NCBI GenBank assembly: GCA_018662075.1
Contig: JABJGX010000023.1
Coordinates: forward strand, 1 to 41,018
Direction: 5' to 3'
DNA from: Candidatus Peregrinibacteria bacterium
Lineage (GTDB): Bacteria; Patescibacteriota; Gracilibacteria; Peribacterales; Peribacteraceae
DNA: 41,018 bases
In this document: positions 1-8,626 of the stretch, piece after piece
Layout of the letters: each line of letters opens with the position of its first letter
Position numbering within the stretch: the stretch's first letter is position 1
Notes under the pieces: generated by a model
Seen by the model: only the letters and a program-made list of their open reading frames with translations
What the model was told of the DNA's origin: nothing
The model's database searches: none
Translations under genes and position numbers: made by a program

Positions 1-95
1 AGACGTGGTCCTGGGACAATAAATAGCGCAATGCTGACGACAACAAGTGCTGTTGAGAGGCCAAGGAAAAATTTTGCTGGTTTAAGGAGTGACAT
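1..95 (-). CDS. N-terminal fragment of a membrane protein (gene continues past window start)
   Basis: ATG at 95-93 on the minus strand, open to the window edge. It translates to MSLLKPAKFFLGLSTALVVVSIALFIVPGPR, one hydrophobic helix. It is absent from the ORF track because no stop lies in the window. Identity is not resolvable. Confidence 0.35.
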   Translation of the reverse strand, partial: MSLLKPAKFFLGLSTALVVVSIALFIVPGPR

Positions 96-131
96 ATCGG
101 AGGGGAGAGTAGTGGTAATTCTGTAAGTAAT

Positions 132-1463
132 CTAGAAAAATAGGTCTTTTTGGATGATAAATCCGTTGATTATCGTATCCCATTCTAGTGTATTTGCGAA
201 GTCTTCTCGTAGAGTTTTACGGTCTTTAGATTGAAGTATCGAGGAGAGTAGTACGTCGATCTCTGATAGTTTGATCATTCCCTGTGATCGTATCAGTTCT
301 GTAGAAGAAGGTGTATGTAGTCGACCTTTTGATTCTATGGCCTCTTGCAGAGTGTCCAGATTATCACTGAGCAAGAAGTCTGTACTGCTCGTAGCGGATA
401 CCATACTCGACCCATCGACTTGCGATGTTGTTTCACGTACAACCCAGTTTCCAGTACGAGTCTGACTATTTTGTATTTGGTCTTCGTCGTGCCGAATGTC
501 TACGGACATAAAGCGTTTGTCGAGCACGCGCCTTGTAATAGTTGTGGCTGGAAGGGTGCCGATAAAGCTCTCGTGAATGCGGTCGAGGATACGACCTCTG
601 GCTGGTATGTTTTTCATAGATCCTTCAAGAAGTATGTGGTTTATAGAACCAGACTGTGTGATGTGTACTGCTGAGGGATCTTTAAGGAGTGCGAGGATGT
701 CATGTTCGAGGCTAATGCCTACACCCCACGCAGAAAGATACTGTCTGATTATCCCGTCAATGATAGTTGCTGGTTGTGCAGGTAATGCCTGGTGTAGTTC
801 TTTCCATAGGACTTGAGGCTCTGCGATACTGACACGAAAAATAGTGTTTCCTAATTCTGCTATTTGTTCTTGAATACTAATGTAGTTAGCGCTGCCCTGT
901 GAGGACACTACAAAGTGATTGCTTAATTCTTGTATGCCAACTGCGTCACTGTTTCCATAGAGTGCTGCAAACTCTAGTGTGCTTCGAATGCCGTCTGGTT
1001 GTGGCAGTGCAGTCGTTGCAATATAGATCCATGGCATATGTGTATGTGCAGCTTCAAGCATTCTGTATGTAGTATTTTTACCAAGAGGAGACTGTTGTTT
1101 TCCAACGAGTGTTTCAATCGATGGACCTACAAAGCTCACGGCATATTGCCCAAGTGTTCCTGCGGTTGCTCGTGTAAAGATTGCCGCACTATACGTGCTG
1201 TCTTCATTTTGAATAATGCCAATAAGTGAACCTGTTTCGTATACTGCTTCTGATAGAGCAGGGAAGTGGGCAGACCATTTCTGCACAGTGTCCTTATTTA
1301 CATCGTGAAAGAGTGCCACCGTACGGTCTTCTGGCAAGAAGTCTGCTGGCGTGTGGCCGTACGTCGTAAGGTTTCCAACAACGAGTATGAGCCCTGCGAG
1401 CACTATCGCACTACCAATCATGGCAGCAACGATCATTATGGCCGTTCGGATGAGGTGTGGCAT
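132..1463 (-). CDS. hypothetical membrane-anchored protein (single N-terminal TM helix, large extracytoplasmic part)
   Basis: 443-aa ORF. The N-terminus IRTAIMIVAAMIGSAIVLAGLILVVGNL is a TM anchor. No recognisable catalytic motif. Confidence 0.7.
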   Translation of the reverse strand: MPHLIRTAIMIVAAMIGSAIVLAGLILVVGNLTTYGHTPADFLPEDRTVALFHDVNKDTVQKWSAHFPALSEAVYETGSLIGIIQNEDSTYSAAIFTRATAGTLGQYAVSFVGPSIETLVGKQQSPLGKNTTYRMLEAAHTHMPWIYIATTALPQPDGIRSTLEFAALYGNSDAVGIQELSNHFVVSSQGSANYISIQEQIAELGNTIFRVSIAEPQVLWKELHQALPAQPATIIDGIIRQYLSAWGVGISLEHDILALLKDPSAVHITQSGSINHILLEGSMKNIPARGRILDRIHESFIGTLPATTITRRVLDKRFMSVDIRHDEDQIQNSQTRTGNWVVRETTSQVDGSSMVSATSSTDFLLSDNLDTLQEAIESKGRLHTPSSTELIRSQGMIKLSEIDVLLSSILQSKDRKTLREDFANTLEWDTIINGFIIQKDLFF

Positions 1464-1558
1464 ATGCCTAGCTTATAACGATTAGAGCCTGTTTGCTGCC
1501 CCTTATGAATAACAAATGTATTCATAACAGATTCTTGATACTCGTCTACTCCAATGAG

Positions 1559-1587
1559 TTGCTATGGACCTCTTATACACGTACAAT
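1559..1587 (+). promoter_or_regulatory. sigma70-like promoter candidate (TTGCTA - 17 nt - TACAAT)
   Basis: -35 TTGCTA at 1559-1564, a 17-nt spacer, and -10 TACAAT at 1582-1587. It points into a gene-free gap that ends in a plus-strand intrinsic terminator. Confidence 0.3.
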
Positions 1588-1593
1588 AATCTG

Positions 1594-1988
1594 ATTTGCT
1601 TACTGAAGCGGATCGGACAACACAAACACACACTTTCACACCAACATACACACAAAAAGAGGAAACACGGAGAGGGCGATGCGCACACAGTGCCTATCGC
1701 CCTCTCTGCTCTGCGATGACGCTCTGTCGATGAGAGGTCGCTCTACAGCGTGCATCCCACTAATTCTTCATGAGTCCCAAGGTGTTATACCTTGTCTTGG
1801 ATTCTGGTCGAAGGACTCGTCCGGTAGCGAGAATAAACGAGATACCGTAGCAAGGCAGGGAATCGGGGTCACCTCACCTCACGTGGTTTCCATAGGCTCG
1901 CAGCTCCCTTCTTAGAATAGTTGCAGATAGCTCGGAAGCATTAACACATCAAAGAAGGCCAGAGATAACTTGAATTCTGGTCTTTTTT
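1594..1988 (+). ncRNA. candidate orphan transcript: a structured RNA of about 395 nt, or an mRNA for a 78-aa Cys-rich ORF (1679-1915). Identity unknown.
   Basis: 537-bp gap between two minus-strand genes. It contains a CA-rich unstructured stretch (1619-1660) and an 11-bp perfect hairpin (1670-1680/1696-1706). It also has hairpin 1718-1739, an 8-bp helix 1770-1777/1813-1820 enclosing hairpin 1778-1794, a helix 1907-1913/1952-1958, and a terminator at 1957-1988. G-U pairs occur only when it is read on the plus strand. Confidence 0.3.
1957..1988 (+). terminator. rho-independent terminator (plus strand)
   Basis: GGCCAGA (1957-1963) pairs with TCTGGTC (1976-1982), including one G-U pair, and is followed by TTTTTT (1983-1988). 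Confidence 0.5.
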
Positions 1989-2000
1989 GTTATCTGTACA

Positions 2001-3302
2001 TTACAGTAATTCCATCTTCTGCTTTGCACTCTCTAGATTTGGGTTCAAGTCGAGTGCCTTTTGAATAGCTTTTCGTGCATCATCTTTTTTATCTATCTGA
2101 AGTGCAATGCCAGCGAGAAGGTCATAAGCATTTGCGTCATTTGGCCAGCGCGAGGTCGCTAGGATTGCTTTTGTATATGCCTCCTCTGTTCTTCCGAGAG
2201 CTGCTGCTGCTGAGATGTATCCTTCAAAGACTTCAAGTGTGGCAGTCGACTCTAGTGTGAGAGCGTCGTATTGGTCGAGAGCGAGTCCTGCATTTCCAAT
2301 CTCTAGTGCGTTCTTTGCGATAAGCCTTCGAATTTCTGCCTGTGGTTGGAAGCCATTACTGAGAGAGTATTCGAAGAAGGTGATCGCGTTTTGGTATTCG
2401 TGCAGTGCAGCATATGCACGAGCGAGGAAGTACTGTACTTCTGGCTTTTGAGGGTCGAGTGAGTATGCATGTTCTAGAGAAGCGAGAGATTGCTCTGCAC
2501 GTTCTGTCACAAGCTCACAGTATCCTTGCACTATCCATGCATCGCGGTAGTCATCTTTTGCACTGGTGACTTGAATGAGAAGGGGGAGTGCTAGTTCACA
2601 TTCTTGGACTTGCGCTAATGCACGAGAGAGCAGTGTAATTAAGTGCATGTCAGACCCTTCAGGGAAGAGCATGAATTCGTCGTATGCAGACTGCAAAGTT
2701 CGCGCGTAAGACCTGAGGATTGGATCCCATCCTTCTGCTGTGAGTCCGAGCTCTTTTACTGCACGCTGATGGCTACCTTGTACGATAGAAAGAAGAGCGA
2801 GACCATAATGTTGCTGTGGTGAATCTTCTGCCCCTTCTAGCGTTTTCTGTGCGTCGATCAGTTCTCCAGACCGTAGCAGGATGATTGTTTCTAGGAGCAA
2901 GACATCTTCTTCTCGTGCCCCTGCATTTTTCATTTTCTTGAGTGTAGAACGTACGCCTTTTGTGTCTCTTCTTTGCATTTGTGCAAGGGCTAGCTTACGA
3001 AGAGCGGGGAGTCCTCCATCATTTTTTACTGATAGCTCGTATTCGTTCTGTGCTTCTGCCCATTCTCCACGCAGTGCAAGAATATCACCTTGCCTCAAGT
3101 GCATAAGAGAGATGTCATCTGTATTCATGAGCTCACTTGGCATTGCTTCTACTGGAATACCGAGGAGTTTTGACTCATCGAACCTTTGTCCTTGTAGAAG
3201 TCTTGTAGATTCTGTGAGCTGCCACCATAAAAACACCATTAGTACTCCAGCGCATAGCGTTGCAAGGAGAACAGGTGCCGCAATTTTTGGTGCCAACTTC
3301 AT
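2001..3302 (-). CDS. TPR-repeat protein with N-terminal membrane anchor
   Basis: 433-aa ORF. The N-terminal helix is APVLLATLCAGVLMVFLWW. Repeated 34-aa-like A/Y/L patterns are present (e.g. WAEAQNEYELSVKND, YQNAITFFEYSLSNG, DDARKAIQKALDLNP). Confidence 0.8.
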   Translation of the reverse strand: MKLAPKIAAPVLLATLCAGVLMVFLWWQLTESTRLLQGQRFDESKLLGIPVEAMPSELMNTDDISLMHLRQGDILALRGEWAEAQNEYELSVKNDGGLPALRKLALAQMQRRDTKGVRSTLKKMKNAGAREEDVLLLETIILLRSGELIDAQKTLEGAEDSPQQHYGLALLSIVQGSHQRAVKELGLTAEGWDPILRSYARTLQSAYDEFMLFPEGSDMHLITLLSRALAQVQECELALPLLIQVTSAKDDYRDAWIVQGYCELVTERAEQSLASLEHAYSLDPQKPEVQYFLARAYAALHEYQNAITFFEYSLSNGFQPQAEIRRLIAKNALEIGNAGLALDQYDALTLESTATLEVFEGYISAAAALGRTEEAYTKAILATSRWPNDANAYDLLAGIALQIDKKDDARKAIQKALDLNPNLESAKQKMELL

Positions 3303-3336
3303 TGGCAGCAGAGTACCACAAAAAATAATTGTCGTC

Positions 3337-3948
3337 TTACTCTATTGATGGACTGAGTTCACCATCTTCCATTGATGCATTGTTTACTGTTTCACGTGCT
3401 TGTGCTTCTGCAATGTTTTTCGGAATCACTGCTTCAATAGCACCCCATGTCGCTTCGCTATCTTCTGGAAGAAGAATGCTGATCTGGTCTCCAACTTCTG
3501 CACGGTAGAATGTGACAGATGCAAGGAGTACGCGATACGCTTTTCCTTCGCAGAGAATCTTGTACTGTCCATCCTCTTGAATGAGGACACCGAAGAGAGT
3601 TTTTCTTTTAATAGGAAGGATCTGTTTATAGATGAATTTCCCTTCGTCTGTAATAGTAAGCTTCATACCATCACCTTCAACAAGTTTACTTTTTGATGCG
3701 TAGTTTGCAGGGATGGGATACTCCTGTCCTTCTCCGTCAACCATGTTCTGTCCGTCGAAAATTCCTTCAACCACTTTTCCACTTTCGCTGGATGTAGCTG
3801 GTGCTGTGTGGGTTGCGCGAAGCATGTTCCGCTCTTTTCCTGTATCGACGACACCAGTCATTTCTCGTAAAAGAGCATTCGCAGTTTTAAGTGCAGATGA
3901 TGCACCATCGATTAGTTCTTGGATCTGTAAGATTTTGTCGTCAGACAT
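3337..3948 (-). CDS. hypothetical protein
   Basis: 203-aa ORF tightly packed in a minus-strand operon, 2 nt after the upstream kinase gene. No motif recognised. Confidence 0.65.
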   Translation of the reverse strand: MSDDKILQIQELIDGASSALKTANALLREMTGVVDTGKERNMLRATHTAPATSSESGKVVEGIFDGQNMVDGEGQEYPIPANYASKSKLVEGDGMKLTITDEGKFIYKQILPIKRKTLFGVLIQEDGQYKILCEGKAYRVLLASVTFYRAEVGDQISILLPEDSEATWGAIEAVIPKNIAEAQARETVNNASMEDGELSPSIE

Positions 3949-3950
3949 GA

Positions 3951-4943
3951 TTATAAGAGGGGATATGAAGAGACATCAAGAGAGCATTCCGTAAGCCGTA
4001 ATCTGATCTCTATGTCTGTAAGAAGTGCAGTTTGTGCGCCGATTGAGGCCACGACACTTGCTGCATTTATACTACCTGTTTTTAGCGCTTCTGGCAAGAT
4101 CAGTCCTTCCATTAGACCCCATGTCACACCTGTTCCAAAAGCGTCTCCTGCCCCTGTTGTATCCACAATATCGATATTTTCAAGCACCGGACATGCGTAG
4201 ATATTTGTACCATCTGAAGCGACCGTTTCGTTCCCTCCATCAGTGATACAAATATTGGCAACGCCGGACTGTATAAGGGCGCGAATGGCTGCGTCTACTT
4301 CTTCTGTTTTGGTAAACTTTAGAGCCTCTTCTTTATTGAGAATAAGGAGATCTGTGTGCTTCAAAAGTTCTGCATGAGCTTGTAGTCCTGCGTCGATCTG
4401 GCACCCGCCTGGGTTCCATGTGAGACATGGGACACCCTCTGAAGAGAGCATTTCAGCGATATCATCTTGAATGACACAGCTGCCTTCTTGAATATGATTG
4501 AGAAAGACCCAATCAACGCTTGAAAGCATTTCTTTATCAAAATTGGCATCATGTAAATGCTTGTTTGTTCCTGGTTCATAGAGAATGACACGCTCGCCGC
4601 TTTTACCTGAGAGGATAATAGAATAGCTGCTGACCTCGTCTTCAACGACGGTGACACAGCTGGTATCTACACCTTCTTTTTGTAAGTTCTGCATAAGCTT
4701 TTCGCCCCATTGGTCAGCACTGAGCACACCTTCGTAGCATGCACTGCATCCGAGCCTCGCGAGTCCGACAGAAGTGTTACTTGCGCCACCCCCACATGTT
4801 TCGATGAGGTTTTCAACACGGATCTTTGCACCGAGTGGTAACGCAAAAGAGTCTGCACTATTACATTCAGCTACCGCACCTTTTGGCAGTCGAACAAACA
4901 GGTCGTAGGTAGCGCCTCCGATGGAAAGCGTTCTGTGTCCCAT
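3951..4943 (-). CDS. PfkB-family (ribokinase-like) carbohydrate kinase
   Basis: 330 aa. N-terminal GGGASN sugar-binding motif and C-terminal DTTGAGDAFGTG ATP/anion-hole motif, both typical of PfkB kinases. Confidence 0.85.
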   Translation of the reverse strand: MGHRTLSIGGATYDLFVRLPKGAVAECNSADSFALPLGAKIRVENLIETCGGGASNTSVGLARLGCSACYEGVLSADQWGEKLMQNLQKEGVDTSCVTVVEDEVSSYSIILSGKSGERVILYEPGTNKHLHDANFDKEMLSSVDWVFLNHIQEGSCVIQDDIAEMLSSEGVPCLTWNPGGCQIDAGLQAHAELLKHTDLLILNKEEALKFTKTEEVDAAIRALIQSGVANICITDGGNETVASDGTNIYACPVLENIDIVDTTGAGDAFGTGVTWGLMEGLILPEALKTGSINAASVVASIGAQTALLTDIEIRLRLTECSLDVSSYPLL

Positions 4944-4946
4944 ATG

Positions 4947-7385
4947 TTAAAGATTGTACCGTGATTGCATTGCCTGCATAAATGCAGTTTGCATTTGCAT
5001 GTTCTTTTTTCTACGTAAGTGTACCTGAAAGAGGACAACGCTGACTGCGAGTATTGACCAGAGCATCCATGCTGGAGCACCAGTTGGGTCTAGGTCTGGC
5101 ACTGCAGGAGTGCGTGGTGGTCCTTCGAATTCTCCTGCTGCTCCATGGAGCCCTCCTGGGATTGGGTCTCCTGGGGCTGCTGTGTAGCCGCCTCCAATTG
5201 GAGTTCCTTGCCCGGTTGCAGACAGGTCTTCGAGAAGTTCACCAGTTGTCGTAATTGGAGTGAGCTTCACAAAGTACGTAATTCCATTGATCAAGTCGCG
5301 CAATGTGTATGCACGTAGCTCTCCGTTTAGTGTTCGCTTCTCTGTGAACTCGTCTGGTTCAGTGCCATATTCCAAAAGGAATGAAGAGAGTGGAACGTTT
5401 GCTGTAAGGGCATCCCATTCGACAAAGACAGACCCGTCACCAGGGGTAATTTCGAGCTTAAGTCCAAGGACGATAGCGGATACTGCGTCGCTTTCCTCTT
5501 CACTTTCACGCCCCTCTTGTAGGGCAGTGATACCAAAGAAGTATTCTGTTCCTGGTCGGAGTCCTGCAACTGTTGCTGCAGCTGTTGGGCGATCTGTATC
5601 GAGTGTGTAGAGGAATTCACGCGGATCCGTTCCGACATAAATACGGTATCCATCAATCTCCTCCTCTTCACCCACTGGATCCCAACGCAATGCAATTGCA
5701 TTGATCTGTGCTTCTGCAATGACACTTTGCACCTGTGGCAAGCCACGAAGTGATACGCCAAATGTTGCAGAATCAGATGTTGTATTTCCAATAGCATCTG
5801 ATGTGGTTACGGTAACGTCGTGTGTCCCTCCTCCTTCTGGTGCTTGGATCAGCATTTGATACTTTCCAGAGGTTGGGTCAGTGTTTGTTAGCGTGTATGT
5901 TTCTCCTAGGAATTCTGCAGTGACACTTGGTGTACCTGGTTCTGTCTGAACAACAAGAAGGACATCTGTTTCTTCTACTGGGTTTTCTGGTGTGAATGTA
6001 ATACTGCTAATTGCAGGGGGAGTGATGTCGATAGAGAATGCACGTGCTTCAGATTCATATCGTCCATCAATATCTTTCACGATAATGGAAAATTCAGTTT
6101 CTAATGGATCGAGCGTGATTGGAATAGCGAAGTTACCATCTCGGTCTGTTTCTCCGACAACGTCTTCTAATCCACCGACAACCGTAAGGTTAATGAAGGC
6201 AGGTCCGTTTCCTGTCACGGTAATATCTGTTTCATTGAACTTGGCATTTGCCTGAGGTTCAAAGACACTTACTTTAATATCTGGCTTATCGATGATCTGC
6301 TGTCCAACAACAGATACTGCCATAAATCCAAGAGAATCTCGTGGGTCTTCAGGGGCTGCATTTGGACTGTCTGTAATAATGATTATATGATCACCTGCAT
6401 TCCCAAACTTTAGGACAAGAGGGAAGCTTCGTGCTCCCTGGTTTGTAAATCCAAATTGAATGACTCCATCTTTTGGTAGCTCTGCAGATGGATCTGTTGA
6501 TGCCATATACACAGTGCCTTCGTAGTCTTGGAAAATATTTCCATTTTGATCGATTGCAGTGATACGAATATCCTCTGCTTCGTTCAGTCTTAGCATTGGC
6601 TTGTCTGATGTAATCCGATCTCCGATACGAATTTCGAAGTGGTCGAGCTCTTGGAACTCGCCAACTTGCCCGAGAAGACTTGCACCAAGGACATTGGTAT
6701 CTGAATAGAAACGTGTTGGTGTTCGCGGAGCAGTATATGCAACTTGTGTTGGTCCACCCATACTCTCTGTAATACTTCCCGCCATAAGGGCGATTGAGTC
6801 GTCTATCATTTGTGCACTAATAATATCCATCGCACGTAATGTGAGTGCGCCATTTGTTGATGCACGTACAACGAACTGCTGTTCACCGTATCCATTTGTT
6901 TCCCTCGAAATTGACTGGATAAGATCTGTAGGCCTACTAGAAATTAGTTCGACCATGCGTCCTGCAAGCGGGTTTCCGTATCTGTCTACAAGGACCACTG
7001 TTACAGTGACCTCTTCGCCAATTGCGATCTGCTGAGATGGCATATCGATATAGCTTTGTAGTGTATCGATACTATCTGGGTGCACCTCTAGTGATGCAAC
7101 AATGCTCTCAGACGAAAGCAGGTACTCACCTGCAACTTCAAGGTCGCTTCCTGCAATCCATGTGTGTGCTACACCTGCGTCGCCTACATTTAATGTGTGC
7201 GTAAATGTATTTCCAATTGGAGGAGTGATAGAGAGTTCAACTTTGTCTCCCGGCGTCGCATCTGTAATACTAATTTCTGTCGCAAGTCCGGCCACAGTAT
7301 CCATGGCATCTATCGTAAGAGCGTGTGCACTAACAGGGAGTGCAAAGAGTGCTGCAACCAATAATGTGTGTGTGTATTTCTTCAT
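4947..7385 (-). CDS. large cell-surface protein with bacterial Ig-like and fibronectin type III-like repeats and a C-terminal TM anchor
   Basis: 812 aa. Signal peptide MKKYTHTLLVAALFALPVSAHA. Big_1-like segment VTVTVVLVDRYGNPLAGRMVELIS. FN3-like segments (IDGYRIYVGTDP..YFFGITAL, FLLEYGTEP..YFVKLTPI). C-terminal helix WMLWSILAVSVVLFQV followed by RRKK. Confidence 0.8.
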   Translation of the reverse strand: MKKYTHTLLVAALFALPVSAHALTIDAMDTVAGLATEISITDATPGDKVELSITPPIGNTFTHTLNVGDAGVAHTWIAGSDLEVAGEYLLSSESIVASLEVHPDSIDTLQSYIDMPSQQIAIGEEVTVTVVLVDRYGNPLAGRMVELISSRPTDLIQSISRETNGYGEQQFVVRASTNGALTLRAMDIISAQMIDDSIALMAGSITESMGGPTQVAYTAPRTPTRFYSDTNVLGASLLGQVGEFQELDHFEIRIGDRITSDKPMLRLNEAEDIRITAIDQNGNIFQDYEGTVYMASTDPSAELPKDGVIQFGFTNQGARSFPLVLKFGNAGDHIIIITDSPNAAPEDPRDSLGFMAVSVVGQQIIDKPDIKVSVFEPQANAKFNETDITVTGNGPAFINLTVVGGLEDVVGETDRDGNFAIPITLDPLETEFSIIVKDIDGRYESEARAFSIDITPPAISSITFTPENPVEETDVLLVVQTEPGTPSVTAEFLGETYTLTNTDPTSGKYQMLIQAPEGGGTHDVTVTTSDAIGNTTSDSATFGVSLRGLPQVQSVIAEAQINAIALRWDPVGEEEEIDGYRIYVGTDPREFLYTLDTDRPTAAATVAGLRPGTEYFFGITALQEGRESEEESDAVSAIVLGLKLEITPGDGSVFVEWDALTANVPLSSFLLEYGTEPDEFTEKRTLNGELRAYTLRDLINGITYFVKLTPITTTGELLEDLSATGQGTPIGGGYTAAPGDPIPGGLHGAAGEFEGPPRTPAVPDLDPTGAPAWMLWSILAVSVVLFQVHLRRKKNMQMQTAFMQAMQSRYNL

Positions 7386-7534
7386 AAATCATACTATTCT
7401 AACATTATTACGTGTTTTGCTCAATATACATAGTGTGACTGGAACATGGTAATACGCAGTTGTCTACAATCTTTCCAGGGTGACGGATCATTCAGATTTC
7501 CCCTCGAGGCCTACTTTATAGTACTATTACATTT

Positions 7535-8095
7535 ATGAAACGAATATTCCTCTTTTCAGCCTGTGTTCTTCTTGCCGCTTGTGGCGGGGGTTCTGCTCGT
7601 TCTGGCTGTGAGCAGGATTACTGGGATGGGACCGTCGGAACGTGTCTTCCTGAGGGGTGGGAGATTATTGATAAAGAGACTTTACGCCAGCGAGGTGTGC
7701 CAGAAGAGACAATTGTTGCTTTCCAGATTTCAGAGTCTGTTTCTGGTCAGTTTCCAACAGTTGCCGTTACAAAAGAGCGACTACCAAACCCCGTAACTGC
7801 GCAGAACTATAGCTCTGCAAGTATTAGGTCTATAGAAGTTATGGAAGGATATACGTTGGTAGACTCGAAGGATTTCACGGTAGACGGAGAGGATGTCTCT
7901 CTACACATCTTTACTGCGCAACCGATAGAAGGAGAGCCGCGTCGTCGCTTCTTCCAGGTAAGTACTGCTATTGAAGACATAGGATTTACAGCAACTGCTG
8001 TATCGCCTGTATCTATTACGAAAGAACTCGAGGAAGACATGATGCTTATTCTTGAACACCTTGTCTTTTCAGAGCCTATAGAAGAGGAGAAATAA
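7535..8095 (+). CDS. lipoprotein, function unknown
   Basis: 186 aa with signal peptide and lipobox (VLLAAC-GGGS). Confidence 0.75.
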   Translation: MKRIFLFSACVLLAACGGGSARSGCEQDYWDGTVGTCLPEGWEIIDKETLRQRGVPEETIVAFQISESVSGQFPTVAVTKERLPNPVTAQNYSSASIRSIEVMEGYTLVDSKDFTVDGEDVSLHIFTAQPIEGEPRRRFFQVSTAIEDIGFTATAVSPVSITKELEEDMMLILEHLVFSEPIEEEK

Positions 8096-8144
8096 GCGTG
8101 ATATTTACCCTGAATGTCTGCTAGAATCTGGTCCACTACTTTAT

Positions 8145-8219
<75 letters not shown>

Positions 8220-8298
8220 TTCTTTTTGCATTTCACCTTTTTCTATTGTGACTTTTGAAAGATCAAAAGTAACCAAAAATCTTAGCCACTGATATGAA

Positions 8299-8559
8299 CG
8301 AAGAAATAATGAGAGGACAGAGTTGTGCGCTCCTCGACTAAGCTTGCTGTGGCAACTTAGCTCTTCGTCACTAAGAAGAAATGAAGCGGTGTGATCTTCG
8401 TCCATACTACAGTGGCAGACGATCGTCTGGCAGACTGCATGTCTGAGGACGAAGAATATACTAAGAGTGAAAGGGATACAGCGACGAGAACCAGTTGCTG
8501 TAAGCAAACGCAGTGACCTGGGCGAGGAGCATCCGAGTAGTGCGAGTGTTATTTCTTCG
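8299..8559. ncRNA. candidate structured ncRNA of about 261 nt, family unassigned
   Basis: Nested long-range helices. An 11-bp perfect closing helix pairs 8299-8309 with 8549-8559, and an 8-bp helix pairs 8329-8336 with 8523-8530. Hairpins lie at 8338-8360 and 8362-8379. A 9-bp helix 8395-8403/8447-8455 encloses twin hairpins 8416-8429 and 8431-8445. A further helix pairs 8477-8482 with 8497-8502. No credible ORF. The strand is not decidable because all pairs are Watson-Crick; the region is co-oriented with the upstream tRNA-Cys if on the plus strand. Confidence 0.4.
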
Positions 8560-8626
8560 AACGAGTTCTGTCTGCCTTGATTTTTCCGCCTCTTTTTCAT
8601 CAAGGAAAAAGGGGCAAGAGAGGAGA

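Noticed and set aside
1503-1688. 61-aa Cys-rich minus-strand ORF
   Set aside because: It is an artefact of translating the TG/CA-rich tract. No start context or motif supports it.
1780-1870. tmRNA 5' end (UGGAUUCUGGUCGAAGG resembles E. coli GAUUCUGGAUUCGACGG) or SRP RNA domain IV (GUCCGG ... AGCAAGGCAG)
   Set aside because: There is no GGGG 5' acceptor strand. There is no T-arm or CCA-terminal acceptor anywhere in the gap, and no GGAA tetraloop with symmetric-loop pairing partners. These are partial sequence echoes only.
8299-8559. RNase P RNA, L-box/lysine or cobalamin riboswitch identity for the tRNA-Cys-adjacent RNA (GUGAAAGGG element; GCCACUG on the minus strand)
   Set aside because: There is no CR-I/CR-V and no P4-compatible strands in the required positions. 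No downstream gene lies in either orientation for a riboswitch to control. The isolated 7-9 nt matches are insufficient.
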